Assembly: GCF_001447785.1 (NCBI RefSeq)
Contig: NW_015167532.1
Span: 1,319,246-1,383,245, forward strand
Source of the DNA: Gekko japonicus
Taxonomy: Eukaryota
DNA length: 64,000 bases
Direction: 5' to 3'
The notes beneath the pieces were generated by a model that was given only the letters and a program-made list of their open reading frames with translations, made no database searches and was not told the origin of the DNA. This document shows, piece after piece, positions 1-13,117 of this stretch (the first letter of the stretch is position 1; each line of letters begins with the position of its first letter). Both the position numbers and the translations under genes were made by a program.

Positions 1-1270
1 GTGCCAAGTAAAACAATATCATGTAGCATATAATTTAAAACAAGAACATATAATTAAAACAGTCACATATAGTTTAAAACCATAAATTACAATATACAGC
101 AAACTTCAGCAAGAGGGAAGATCTTAACCACACCTAGCTGCCGGTAGTCTCATGCTCAAAGCCGTTTCCAGTGCCACNNNNNNNNNNNNNNNNNNNNNNN
201 NNNNNNNNNNNNNNNNNNNNNNNNNNNNNNNNNNNNNNNNNNNNNNNNNNNCGGCTCCTATCCAAAGGCCTGGCGGAAGAGCTCCGTCTTGCAGGCCCTG
301 CGGAACTGAGAAAGGTCCCGCAGGGCCCGGATCTCCTCCGGGAGCTCTTTCCACCAGGTAGGAGCCGCCACCGAAAATGCCCTAGCCCTAGTCGCAGCAA
401 ACTTAACTTCTTTCGGGCCTGGAATTTCCAGGAGATGCCTCCCTCCCGACCGAAGTGCCCTTGGGGGAACATATGGAGAAAGGCGGTCCCTCAGGTAGGC
501 TGGACCCTGGCCATTTAGGGCTTTAAAGGTCAAAACCAGCACTTTGAAGCGAATCCGGAACGCTATCGGCAGCCAGTGCAGCGCTTTCAGCACAGGCTGA
601 ATATGGTCCCTCCTTGAGAGACCCATCAACAGCCTGGCCGCAGCATTCTGCACTAGCTGCAGCTTCCGAATTTGCGACAAAGGCAGCCCCATGTAGAGAG
701 CGTTGCAGTAGTCAAGCCTCGAGGTGACCGTCGCATGGATCACTGTGGCCAGGTCCTCACGGCAGAGGTAGGGGACCAACTGCCGAGCCAGCCGGAGATG
801 GTAGAAGGCCGCCCTGGCAGTGGTTGCTACCTGGGCCTCCATCGTTAAAGAGGAGTCCAGGCGCACCCCCAAACTCCTAACCTCCGACGCTGGCACCAAA
901 GGCACCCCATCGAAGGTCGGGAGAGGGAGCCCCAATCCCCCACCAATCCGACTCAGGCCCAGGACCTCCGTCTTTGCCGGGTTTAGTTTCAACCGGCTCA
1001 GCCTGAGCCAACCAGCCACAGCTTGTAGCGCCCGGTGCAGGTCATCGGGAGTAGAGTCCGACCGGCCGCCCAGCATCAGATAGAGCTGGGTGTCATCAGC
1101 ATATTGATGACAACCCAGCCCGCATCTCCGGGCAATCTGGGCAAGGGGGCGCATGTAGATGTTAAACAACATCGGGGACAACACGGCCCCCTGAGGCACC
1201 CCACACTCAAGGGGGTGCCTCAGGGACCGCTGATCCCCTATCGCCACCCTTTGTCCCCGACCTTGGAGAA
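1..1270 (-). mobile_element. L2-clade LINE, 5'-truncated, young; RT C-terminal ORF intact (258..1247)
   Basis: GVPQGAVLSPMLF, YADDTQLY, RLDYCNALY and HWLPI motifs; uninterrupted 329 aa; CpG-rich. Confidence 0.9.
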
Positions 1271-1286
1271 AAGGTCGGGGACAAAG

Positions 1287-2212
1287 TTAGTTATTTTAGC
1301 TTCTAGGGAGAGTTCAGACTTGATTCGATCTAGAGCCCACCGGTTTGTCTTTTTGGCGGTCTCTCTGTCTGCTTTCTTCACTGCCCAACTTTCACACCCA
1401 TGCATGGTTAACGGGGGATACTATAGTCTGAGTTATCTTGATCTTGGCTGCCTGCGACACATCCTTGCCCTTGAGGATCTTTCTGAACTCCTTCACGGCT
1501 GCCCTTCCTGGTCTCCATCTGAATTCTTTTTTTTAAAAAAACAATTTATTGTCGGGTTATAACAACATGTCCAAAATTATAACATTCCCTCATTTCTAAT
1601 ATAGCCCTTTCCCTTCCTCCCTCCCTCTCCTTCTCCAGGCTTCCCGCAGTGATCCCACCCCTACCAAATTCTTGTTTCTTGTCTAATCCTTCTTCATAGG
1701 ACAAAATTTAATAAGTAACTATTATTCTAGCTAACTTTTTTTTTCTTATACTCTAATCCATAGGTAACATTTCTTTATTCTTCATCTGAATTCTTCATTG
1801 CAGCCTCCCGTGTGGTTAATAATGGCACCAAGGAGTAGAAAACCCTGGACAATTTCAGTCTCTTAAATGCTGCGTAATGCCCCAGTCGTCATTACTTTTG
1901 TCTTCTTGATGTTCAGCTGCAATCCTCCCTTGGCACTCTCTGCTTTACCTTTCATCAGTGGTTGTTTCAAGTCTCCACTACATCCTGCCAGTAATATGGT
2001 GTCATCTGCATAACTCAAATTGCTAATGTTCCTCCCCCCACTTTTCACTCCACCTTCAGCTGAATCTCATCCAGCTTTCCTTATAGGGTCCCCATCCCAA
2101 CTGAAGAGACAGGGAGATACAATACATTCTGGTCTGACGCTTTTGCCAATTGGAAACCATTCTCTTTCTCCATAGTCTGTCCTAACAGGAGCCTCTTGTC
2201 CAGAGTACAAGA
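1287..2212 (-). mobile_element. Degenerate RTE-BovB LINE fragment, interrupted at 1529-1782
   Basis: NISNLSYADDTILLA...GLQLNIKKTKVM and LYSGQEAPVRT...WFPIGK motifs with frameshifts. Confidence 0.8.
1529..1782 (-). mobile_element. Polyadenylated L1-like 3' fragment inserted in BovB
   Basis: AATAAA plus poly-A on the minus strand; 13-bp TSD CATCTGAATTCTT at 1516-1528 and 1783-1795. Confidence 0.75.
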
Positions 2213-2344
2213 TGTGTTCATAACTATTATTCAGGGTTTTTTGTACTCTCGAACAATTCTTATAAAGGGAGCAGGGAAGCAGTAAATTGTTCAGAGTGCT
2301 TTTATATAAAGGGAATAGGGGGTGTTGATTGATTGTGAAAAAAA

Positions 2345-2600
2345 ATAACGTTGCACTTACCTGTAACTGTTGGACGTTGAGGTGTCTTCTGTGCAGTCCC
2401 ACATTGGGACTGCGTTGGCGCAGGCCGGCCACCAGAGGCTCTCTTACAGCTATTCTGGTATTTTCTAAACACTCCATGGGGAGCCCCGCCCCTGCAGAAT
2501 TGATTAGAGGTATTCTTCCTGCCTATGGGTCACCTGCTCTGTAGGAAGGAGCTCCCCCTTTCCCTAGGCAGTTCTTTCTCCCACTGATATCGCTTTGATT
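2345..2600. mobile_element. DIRS-like terminal remnant (similar piece near 60255-60480)
   Basis: CTTACCTGTAACTGTT...GTCTTCTGTGCAG...CACATTGGGACTGCG resembles squamate DIRS termini from recall. Confidence 0.45.
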
Positions 2601-2721
2601 ATCATACTGGTCTTCATTGCATGGTTTTATACTTCTGCATCCTAGCCTGAGCCTCCACAAGAAAGTCAGTAAGGAAATAAGTGGGCTGGGTTAATATTTC
2701 GACCATTGGGAAGCTTCATTT

Positions 2722-2994
2722 CCCGAATGCCGCATGACAGAGTGAGCTCCCGTCTCTAGTTCCGGTTCCTGCCAACCTAGCAGTTCGAAAGCAAGAAATT
2801 GCAAGTAGATAAATAGGGACCACTTCGGTGGGAAAGTAACAGCGTTCCGTGCACCTCGGTGTTTAGTCATGCCAGCCACATGACCACGGAAACGTCTTTG
2901 GACAGCGCTAGCTCTTCGGCTTTGAAACGGAGATGAGCACCGCAACCCTAGAGTCGGATTCGACTGGCTTTCGAGCAAGGGAACCTTTACCTTT
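2722..2994 (+). mobile_element. Sauria SINE, 5'-truncated
   Basis: Near-identical to 19697-20054; (ACCTTT)n tail. Confidence 0.85.
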
Positions 2995-4034
2995 GGCATC
3001 TCTGGGTCCCATTACTGAGGCTGCCCTGGAGCACTGGCCCACTCACGGTTGCATCCTGATTTACACATCATAATAATTTTTAATTAAGGGAAAAACACTG
3101 GCAAAGACAGAGAAGGTGCACTGGGGGAAGGGGCATGTGCAAAATTAAGAGTGACTCCTCTGTTACGTCAAGATCCAAATCTGAGACATTTGAAGACTGT
3201 GGCCTCATTTCTTCCAAGTATAATCCAAAGTGCTGACTCTGGCTTTAAAAATGCTATGTGGTGTGGGTCTTTAACTGTGCCCTGAAAGTGTTTAATTACT
3301 GCAAACACTTTTGTTGCTGCAAAAAAAGGCGCCCAAAGCTACATTATGTCCATTTCAAGAATTAAGGAAAGGCTGCATTAAGGTCCTCAGTACTGAAATT
3401 TATATACTGACAGCACTCATCTTCGTAATGGATCATATTTCAATAAATCTAAGTTTTAAAAATTACTTATTCTATATTGGACTGTTCATAATTGTCAGTC
3501 TGTGAACTGGAAGAGGCAGGCTCAGATTTCATCTTGGCCATGGAAGGTGACTGGGTGACTTGGGGCCAGCCTGGCTGAAAGAGCCAGAGGGCTGGATTTG
3601 TGAGAATAAAACTGGGGAGGGGGGGAAGCAAAGGATATAGTAAGCCAGTTGGGATCCCCACTGGGGAGAAATGTAGAATATCTATATATCTAATAGACAG
3701 ACTCTTGTTTTCCGTGAAGATAGTTATTTTCAACAACAGAGGGCTCACAACCACTTTTTCTACAGACTCAGGGGACTTCCTGGGTCTCCAGAAAAAAAAT
3801 CCAAAAAGTTTAAAAAAATTACCTTTCAGGGACGCTTGAATTCCCCCAACACCTTTTGAAATGGCCTCCGCAGGGATCTACTTCAGGCATCAGCAGTGAG
3901 ATATTAGAACGTTTGGTGTGTGGGGAGAAGGGTTCTGACTGGCTCTGTCAGTACAAGGTGGGGGGAGAGGGGAAGGGCCCTTTCCAGGCCTATTTTGGCC
4001 TTTCAGGGAGGGAGCCTTGGGGCCAGGCCTGACA

Positions 4035-4257
4035 AGGGTTGCCAGTGCCAGGCTGGGGGATTCCTAGAGGTATTGTGGTGAAGTTTGAGGAGGAGGGCTG
4101 GGTTTGGGGAAGGGAGAGGCCTCAGCTGGGTATAATGCCACAGAGTCCACACTCCAAAGCAGCCATTTTCTCCAGGGCGACAGATCTCTACTGTCTAGAG
4201 TTCAGTTGTAATTCTGGGGGGGGGGTCTCCAGGTCCTACTTGGAGGTTGGCAACCCT
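4035..4257. mobile_element. hAT/Blackjack-like MITE with AGGGTTGCCA TIRs; relatives at about 4660-5025, 44590-45000, 45870-46070, 49373-49570, 49972-50600, 52470-52805, 56000-56132, 56644-56860
   Basis: AGGGTTGCCA...TGGCAACCCT termini and a shared internal sequence. Confidence 0.7.
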
Positions 4258-5248
4258 AAGCCTAGCAACAGTCTAGGGTTGCCAGGTCCCCCCTAATTTG
4301 CATGACTCAACTAGGCCCGGCTGCTTGCTACTGTTAAACAGCAACTACCCTATGAAAGCCAGTGAGGTGCAGCAGTTAGAGCTTCAAAGTCGGGTCTGTA
4401 AGACACAGGTTCAGATCCCCATCTTGCGGTGGAAGCTGACGGGGTGATTTTGGACTAGTCACATTCTTTCAGCCTAACCAACCTCACAGGGTTGTTGTGC
4501 AGATGAAAAGGAAGAGAGAATAATGTAAGCTGCTTTGGTCCCCACTGTGGAGAGACTGTAATTTTCCTAGATAGAGACTGTGGGGGAGGGGGGTGGAGAC
4601 AGAAAGCTGAAGACAGAGAGGCAGATAAAGGTAGGTTGCATGTTGGGTGGGAAGGAAATAGGGTTGCCAACTCCAGGTTGGGAAATTCTCGGACATTTGA
4701 AGGGTGGGGCCTGGGGAAGGTGGGATTTGAGGAGGAAAGGAACTTCAGACTGGTGTAATGACACAGACTCCACCCTCCAAATCAGCCATTTCCTCCATGA
4801 GAATTACCATTGCCAGCCTCCAGGTGAGGGCTGGAGATCACCTAGAATTACAACTGTTGTCCAGGTGACAGAGATCAGTTCCCCTGGATAAAATGGCTGC
4901 TTTGGAGGGTTGACTGACTCTGTGGCATTATACCCTGCTGAGACTGCTTGCCTCCCCAAGCCTCATTGTCTCAAGGCTCCACCCCCAAATCTTCAGGAAT
5001 GTCCCAACCTGGAGCTGGCAGCCCTAAGATGAATTGATCTCTGTAGCTGGGAGCTCCATTGTGATTCCCAGAGAGCTGCCACTGCTGCTGTGGGGGGAGA
5101 GGAAGCAGGTGGATGGCTGGGAGCACCACCACCACTGCTGCTGTGTGGGGTGGGGGAGGAAGCAAGCAGGAGGATGGGAGAGTAATGGGGGCAGGAAGAC
5201 AGAGTGATGGGGTGGGGGCAGAAAGAGAGAGAGTGATGAGGTGGGGAG

Positions 5249-5454
5249 CAATCCTCCTTCTAAGCTATGGAGTCTTGTGAGCAAAAATTCTACTTTGTGA
5301 GCTACTGGCATTAAAGTTGTGAGTGGGCGATTTGGCCACTGCATAAATTAGTCTGCTCTGGAACCATCCTTCCTAAGCTAAGACAAAAATATGTGATCCC
5401 GAGGCTAAAAAACTGTGAGCTAGCTCTCACTGACTCAGCTTAGAGGGAACACTG
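5249..5454. mobile_element. hAT MITE family A (CAGTGTTCCCTCTAAG TIR)
   Basis: About 206 bp; 8-bp TSD GTGGGGAG. Confidence 0.85.
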
Positions 5455-5673
5455 GTGGGGAGGCAGAAAAACAAAGAGAATGATGAGGGGGCAGAACGAG
5501 AGAGGAAGTCACATGCCTGGAGAAGACATAGAGAGTAAGAAAAGGGGAGGCAGAAGGGAGAAAGAGTGTGAGAGAGATAGGGGGAGAGGGGGAGGAAGCA
5601 AAGGTGTGAGGAATGAGATAACCATCCCACAAGAAACTCCACTTGTGAATATCTATAGGGAAATGGTGCTCTC

Positions 5674-6007
5674 CAGGGGTTTTTTGGTAGAAAAAGCCCA
5701 GCAGGAACTCATTAGCATAATAGGCCTCACCCAACAGCACAGCTCATTAACATATTAGGCCACACCCCACATGTTACCAGAAGTGTGGTCATCCAACCAC
5801 ACCCACCTTTTGCTTCTTATTCTGTTTACTTTGTTGTTACCTGGGCTTTTTTGTAGCAGGAACTTCTTTGCATGTTAGGCCACACACCCCTAATGTAGCC
5901 AGTCCTAATGAGGTGTGGCCTATTATGCTAATGAGTTCCTGCTGGGTGTGGCCAACTCAGGAGCCAGCCGGAACTCCGTTCCTGTGCGTTCCTGCCCTGG
6001 TGCCCTG
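5674..6007. mobile_element. hAT MITE family B (internal CTCATTAGCATAnTAGGCCACACCC repeats)
   Basis: CAGGG...CCCTG ends; 8-bp TSD GTGCTCTC. Confidence 0.82.
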
Positions 6008-6506
6008 GTGCTCTCTGTACAAAAACCCCCCTGCATGAGGTGACAGTCAGAACTGAAAACTGTGGTAAAAGCTGCCACTGGACTCAGACTTTGTTCTGTT
6101 GCAAAAGCTGTTGATACTTCGGTATTTCTGATTCTCACTGACGCTCTTTCCCACTCGTATCTGTATGCTTTGCTTGGATTTTAATTCTTTTATACATATC
6201 TACACTGTATCTTTAAGCTTTTCAAAATGATTTATTGTTCACTAGATTGGGGACCCTAAACTGGGTGGAAAGGCACCTTAAACATTTTAATTAATGGAAA
6301 TTATATGAATCATAGGTGCTCTGCTGTCTTTTTATACACAAAGTTGTACAAGTATTTTCAAGCGAGCAACACTCGCTGGGGGAATACAAAGTTCAAAGGG
6401 CAAAGACTAAAAGACATGAGAACAAACCGCTTTGGACACCACCATGGATTTGCCAAGACTCAATCCTACCAGACCAATCTTATTGGGGTTTGTATTTAGT
6501 TACTCT

Positions 6507-6883
6507 CAGGGCTATTTTGGGGCAGGAACGCACAGGAACGGAGTTCCGGCTGCCTTCAGAGTTGGCCACGCCCACTACAGCATAAACCTCTGTGCGCGTG
6601 GCTACAGAGGGAAGGCCTGGAGAGCGACCCCCCCCCCAGTGACTCCGAAGCGGGCAGGCCAGGGGGAGCTGGAAGGATCGGGGAGGCATTTAAGGGCCAG
6701 CTTGCCAGGCATCCCGCAGCCGTGGGGCAACTGGGCAAGTCAAGGGAAGACATGGGGGTGTTGCCTAATATGCTAATGAACTGCACTGCTGGGGTGTGGC
6801 CTATTATGCTAATGAGTTTCTGCTGTTGGGTGTGGCCTATTATGCTAATAAGTTCCTGCTGGGCTTTTTCTACAGAAAGCCTG
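6507..6883. mobile_element. hAT MITE family B, inverted relative to 5674-6007
   Basis: TSD GTTACTCT/GTTACTCC; same internal repeats. Confidence 0.8.
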
Positions 6884-8149
6884 GTTACTCCAAGTATACC
6901 CTGCTTCTCTCCCCAGCTTGCATTGTTTGCCCCCTCCTCCATTTTATCGTCACAACAAGCCTGTGAGGTAGGCTAGGCTGAGCACGTAGCTGGTCCAAGG
7001 TCCCCCAACAAGTGTCCATGGCAGGGGGCATCCTTATCGAAGGTGCAGATAAAACTGAGAGGGACAAGAATAATTAGCATCAGGGACAGAAATACAGATG
7101 CTCAAGCTGTTCTGTTTACTTGGAACAGCTCTTATTTGCTGTCGCTTGCCACTCCCAAACAAGTCACTGTCCATCTGGAGATAATTTGTAAAAAGAGTGA
7201 AGCTTTCAGCGCATGCACACGGACACAAGCGTCCTTCTGCACCCCAACACTACCTATTTGGATTTTTAAACGCTGAAAAACATTTGAGCTGCAATTCTTC
7301 TCTGCTGGTCAACTGGGAGTCTAAGCATTAAAACATGTGGGCTTTTTTACTATGATACCTGTTTCATGCACAGCTGCTTATTACGAGTATATCGATACTG
7401 TGTAGTTCACATCCTGCAGCAATATATGCATATAAAGGAAGAACACTCAGGCCTAGGATTCAGGCTCTGTGCATGCAGAGATATTATAACACCTGTTTCT
7501 TCATCTGCGAAATATTGTGCAAGTTAACTGTCCTCTGCTAGTGATTCTCAAAATGGCACCAAGCACTAACTTCCAAGGGCTGAGTGTTAACATTTTTCTC
7601 TGTCTTGCTTCCACTACTACAGGCAAGGGTTCTTTTTGGCTTTTGTTTCCATTGGATCATGAGAATAAGAGCAGCCATCTGTAAACACACACACCACTTT
7701 CACAGAAACATTTAAAGTGATGATTGCATGCAAATTACTTTACCAATACTGAATATTCATCAGCATAAATGCATGCTATTTTGCCCAGGGCTTGCTTACA
7801 GGTGACTTCAGGGAGAACCACACAGATCTTACAGTGGTCAAGCGACAACCGAATGTAGATTTAAACTGGGGCAGTTGGTTGTTCTCAGAATTCACTTCAG
7901 CCCACATACAAGGCCAGCCAGAATAGAGATGCATAAATTATGAGTGAACTTGAAAAGAATTGTGTTCTGCACTTAAAACATCTGGAAGCAACAAAGGTTT
8001 ATAAAAAGAAGGCTTCGGTGTATTGTTTAATAGATGAGTCCAATAAGGTGAGATGCACAGCTGTGGCACGATAATACTGAACCCAGTATTACTACTGGAG
8101 CAGTTGCAAAAAACATTTATTTCCATCTTCATTTAACTTGTGATGGAAG

Positions 8150-8660
8150 ATCAGGCCACATAAATCCATGACACTGTAACCTTAAGGCTAGACTACTGTC
8201 ATGTATTCCACATGGGTCAACCCTTAAAGTCAGCTCAGAAACTCCAGTTGCTACAGAACAGTGGTTCAAAGGCTACTGGGAGCTGGACAGAGTATGCACA
8301 TCACAGCAATTCTGCAATCACTGCACCGATTACCAATAATTTACGGGGTTCAATTCAGGGTACGGGACATCACCTACAAAGCCCTCCATGGCCTTGACTC
8401 ACCTGTACCGTATTTGCCTCTATTTGTCACATTGATTTATAAATTGCATATTAGTTAGTGTCCTTTTCTCTGCTTCTCTCCCCCCCCCTTTATTATTGAT
8501 TTCAGCTGGGAAGTCTCCTTGTATTCATCTTGACTCACCTACCTGCAGGGCCGTATCTCCTACCGCACTCTGCTGCATCAGCTTCACTCATCTGACCAAA
8601 GCGTCCTGAATGTGCTAGCCTGCAAATGGGTAAGGTCAGCAGCTGACTGTGACATGCACG
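8150..8660 (+). mobile_element. Old L2 RT C-terminal fragments
   Basis: MGQPLKSAQKLQLLQN and HITAILQSLHRLPI in shifted frames. Confidence 0.65.
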
Positions 8661-9535
8661 TCTCCCCCTCCACCATTATTTCCTCTTTCCATTTGCTGGC
8701 AGAACCAAAAACCTTTCCCTTTTTCCTACTTCTCCCCTCCACACCCACCAGTCTACTTACCTTTATCTATCCCCCTTGTCAATCTTCAGCTTTCTCTCCT
8801 TCCTTCCCATATCCTAGCACCCTCTACCCAGGAAAACTAAACTATGGCAGCTGCTGGACTGGGCCAGTTGCATGGTGAGCAACCCACAATGACGTGTGGG
8901 GTACAGAACAGTTTTCCCCACCTCCTCCTGGCAACCCCCACATCCTCATCTTTTCCCACTTCCTTTCTTCCTTCCTCCCACCCCCCACCCTTTTATCTGC
9001 CCCTCGTTTAGTATTTTATATTTATTATTTATTTACTTCCTTTATACCTTTGTCTTTCTCTATAATGGGGTCTCAAAGGAGCTCATGCCATTCTCTTCCA
9101 TTTTGTCCTCACAACAACCCTGTGAAGTAGGTTGACAGCATGCCCAAGGTCACCCAGTGAGCTTCACGGCAGAGTGGGGATTCAAACCTGGGTCTCCCAG
9201 ACCCTAGGATGAAACTCTAATCTCTAAGAAATAAATAAATAAATGCAATAACATGGCATAAAATGGGTTCAGGATTACAGAATTAACTTAAAACTATCCT
9301 TAGAAGGTTTCATAAGCATGCACTGCCAGCTATACCGTTTGAATCCTATCCTCTTTACTCATTCTAGTAAGCAGCTCAAACACAAGCAACATCTGTAGAC
9401 TCACCACAGATAACTGGAACAGGAAAAAAAGGCATGCAAGCTTACATCAAGCCACAAGAGTGAAAAGAAAACAGGCAGATGTGAGCTTATGATAAACTTA
9501 CATCAGATTCTAGTGCTGCACTTCTCTGGGGACTA

Positions 9536-10655
9536 GTGGAATCAGAGTTGGAAGGGGCCATCCAGGCCATCTTGTCCAACCTGCTCAGTGCAGGATCAGC
9601 CTAGAGCCTCCCTGACAAGTGTTTGTCCAGCCGCTGCTTAAGACTGCCAGTGACGGGGAGCTCACCACCTCCCAGGGCGGCTGATTCCACAGTTGCACAA
9701 CTCTTACCGTAAAACGTTTTCCCTAATATCCAGCTGGTACCTTCCCACCCTTAATTTAAACCCATTGAGTCCTCTCCTCTGCTGCCAACAGGAACAGCTC
9801 CCTGCCCTCCTCTAAGTGACAGCCCTTCAAATACTTCAAGAGAGCAATCATGTCCCCTCTCCCCCATCTTCTCTTCTCCAGACTAAACATTCCCAAGTCC
9901 CTCCCTCAGCCTTTCCTCACAGGGCTTGGTCTCCAGGCCCCCAATCAACCCCCCCCCCTCACTCTCCTCTGCACCCGCTCCATTCTGTCCACATCCTTTT
10001 TGAAGTGAGGCCTACAGAACTGCACACAATACTCCAGGTGCGGCCTAACCGATGCAGTGTACAGTGGGACTTGCAATTTGGACATATTGTGATTTGGGTG
10101 TTATGCCCCAAGACTGCATTAGCCTCCTTTGTTGCCACATCACACTGGCTGCTAATATGTAACTTACAGTCTAACTGTACCCCAAGATCTTGTTCACACA
10201 CACTGCTACTCAGAAGTGTATCCCCTATCCAGTACATGTGTGCCCCATTTTTGTTACCCAGATATAGAACTTGACACTTATCCTTGTTAAATTGCATCTT
10301 GTTCACATCTGCCCACTTTTCCAGCATGTTCAGATCTTGTCGAATTCTATATCTTCCATTGTGTTTGCTGCTCCTCCCAATTTGGTGTCATCTGCAAATT
10401 TAATGAGTAGGCCCTCCACACCCTCATCCAGGTCATTTATAAAAATATTGAAAAGTACCAGGCCCAGAACAGAGCCCCGTAGCACCCCACTGTACACCTC
10501 CCTCCATTCAGATGAAATGGCATTGACAACTACTGTTTGCAGTTCTCCAACCAGTTCCGGGTCCACTCAACTATCCTAGAGTCCAGTCCACAGTCCTCTA
10601 GTTTACCCATCAAAACATCATGGGGAACCTTGTCAAAAGCTTTACTGAAATCCAG
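9536..10655 (-). mobile_element. Degenerate CR1 LINE 3' part
   Basis: [34 protein letters not shown] and MQFNKDKCQVLYLG; frameshifted. Confidence 0.88.
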
Positions 10656-10880
10656 TAGTAGTGATGATATGGGATGTAACCATGTCACCAAGTATTACCA
10701 GTATAATATTAAGGTAACAGCAATTACAGTACAAGGGTACTGGGACTAAATAGTATAGTTCTGACTCCTACATGGTGGTCCCAAGGGCAAGTTTAGTATT
10801 TCCCAAATAGTATTTCCAACAGCTCCCCCCCCCCTTATATTCATTAATGGCTATTTACCCCATTCATGGCTATTTACCCC

Positions 10881-11160
10881 GAGAGCCAGTTTGGTGTAGT
10901 GGTTAAGTGCGCGGACTCTAATCTGGGAGAACCGGGTTTGATTCCCCACTCCTCCATTTGCACCTGCTGACGTGACCTTGGGTCAGTCACAAGCTCTGGC
11001 ACAGCTGTCCTTGAAAAAGAGCCGTTTGTGTCAGAGTTCTCTCAGCCCCACCCGCCTCACAGGGTGTCTGTTGTGGGGAGGGGAAGGGAAAGGAGTTTGT
11101 AAGCCGCTCTGAGACTCCAAGTGAAGGGCGGGGTATAAATCCAATCTCTTCTTCTTCTTC
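10881..11160 (+). mobile_element. tRNA-derived SINE with L2-type tail (Squam3-like), full length
   Basis: A box GGTGTAGTGG, B box GTTTGATTCC, (TCT)n tail. Confidence 0.8.
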
Positions 11161-12410
11161 TATGGAGAAACAGAAGTGAAGAGAGCTCACAGATAGCCGC
11201 TGTATATTTCGCATTTTCCCTGACTGGTTCTTGTAGTACTATCACATGTATTCCATCCATCAATGACAATGACTTTGGGCTCCCTTGACCTGGCCCATCG
11301 TTAAATCCTGTCCTCCTGAACCATGAATGAAGACGTGGTTAGAAGTTGTGCTCAAAATTCTTTATACAAATGAACATACAAAAGTACACTAAATGCAACA
11401 AGTACACAACCAAAAGTGGAAGGTGTCCCTATGGGCAAGGTGAGATAAGATATGAGAATTCAACTGAGGAGCAACTGGCTAGTTATCACTGAGACCTACA
11501 TGGGAAATATCATGTGTTTAAAGAGTACAGGCATGTGCATATCTTTCCCGTGTAATTATGTCATTAACATAAATCTACACCGTGGTGGACCTTCTGTACT
11601 TCTATGTCAGTTGTGAAATCTTCCAGTTCAAACACAAAAACATCTTCAGGAATTATAGAAGAGATTTANNNNNNNNNNNNNNNNNNNNNNNNNNNNNNNN
11701 NNNTATGCTGTCAGTATCTTTAAAGGGTACAATTCCAACACAAGGAAAGATCAGTTAACTTCATCTGCCCACAGTGAGTTCAACATCTTCAAAAGTGCAT
11801 CACAAGAGATCAGTAAGTGGCATTCTGTTATCATTCCAGTCATGTTTAAACATGACACCAGGCGACTCTTATACATGAAGCTTCTTCACATGAATCATTT
11901 GCCATTATTTGGCTCTTCATTTGCAGAAAAAAGCCCCTGAACACACACCTTGGCAGGCTGATGAGGGAGACAAATGAGAAGTATTTTAGCCTATTAAAGA
12001 AAAATCACCAAGATTCCCAAGCTGTGGCCAACACTAAATAATCAAAATCAGACCAAGTTACAGTGAGATATGCTCGGATTAAAAAATCATCAGTGAAGGG
12101 AATCAGATGAAATTTTTCTTAAGTTGGTTGCACAAAAATGAACACTAAGCTAAAACATACTTCTGGGAGCAATCTTAAACGGGTCGGCTCTGAAGAAAAA
12201 CCCAGCAAGTCCAATATAACTTAGTCCCAGGTAAATATGCATAACTTGTTACTGGCAAAGCAGCCACTTGGGATCCATGATGCTCGACCGGTATAGTTTA
12301 CTTTGGAATTCGTTTTTAATCAGATATATTTGAGTTACAATTAAATAGGTTAACTATATATAAGCATTCACTTTGGATGAAATGAATACATCTGAATTCC
12401 TTTTTGCATA

Positions 12411-12416
12411 TTTATT
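12411..12416 (-). terminator. Candidate PAXIP1 polyadenylation signal AATAAA (3' UTR about 700 nt)
   Basis: First canonical AATAAA I found on the minus strand after the stop; ATTAAA variants also present. Confidence 0.45.
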
Positions 12417-13101
12417 TCAGTAGAATGACAATAAAACTTATCAGAACAGAGTGGTGAGTTCAAGCTAACTTTAGTAGAAACACACATTACCAATAAATTC
12501 TGCGTAAAATTTTTAATATTAAAACACAACTGGAAAAGCAGAAGAGTATCTTACAACATTTGGAAGAATGATCAGAGTAATTTACCCTTACCAGAGAGTG
12601 CCACAATTGCACCATATTTTAGAAAACCCTACTAAATTTTAAAAGAAAGCCATTAGACGTTTGTATTAAAAACTGGGATACTACCAATATAAAAGAAATG
12701 GAGCATAATAAAATAAAGTACAAAATATTTACTTCCATAATTTAAAAACACAAGCCCTTTTCTCTTTACATTCCAACTTTGATTTTGATTAAGTACCACC
12801 ATTTGATAAAAATTCTAAAGAGTCAGAAAAACTAATTTGTAATATAAAAAGTAACCTTTCTCTCTAACTTGTAGTATAGTACAAAAACATAGTTAATTAT
12901 GTTTTGTTAATAAAGTGTTGCACATCCTAAACAGATGCAGTTAACGTTTGCTTTCCTGTCTTGAACTGCTCGTCACCCATCAGCAAAGCAAGTGGAAAAC
13001 AAAAACAAAAAATCAGAAAGGACTGTTTAATTGACCCACAGGTTGGAAAACCTCCAACAAGACTTCAAGTAGTTTGAAGCTGTAAGGCATTTTACTTCCA
13101 G

Positions 13102-13117
13102 TCAGGTGAACTTATAT
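13102..13117 (-). CDS. PAXIP1: PAXIP1 exon 21 coding part (YKFT*)
   Basis: TTTTCCTTAGCCAATCATAC|A TAT AAG TTC ACC TGA; AC acceptor pairs with the AT donor. Confidence 0.88.

Noticed and set aside
5700-6883. Spaced short repeats resembling a CRISPR-like array
   Set aside because: They are internal repeats of hAT MITEs bounded by TIRs and 8-bp TSDs in a vertebrate genome; no unique spacers or cas genes.
10881-10955. tRNA-like sequences (also 19697, 39085, 57468) and 5S-like pieces (17996, 46580)
   Set aside because: These are SINE heads followed by SINE bodies and tails, not functional RNA genes.
11057-11340. Minus-strand open frame downstream of PAXIP1 as an alternative last exon
   Set aside because: No recognisable homology or clear acceptor; runs into a SINE tail.
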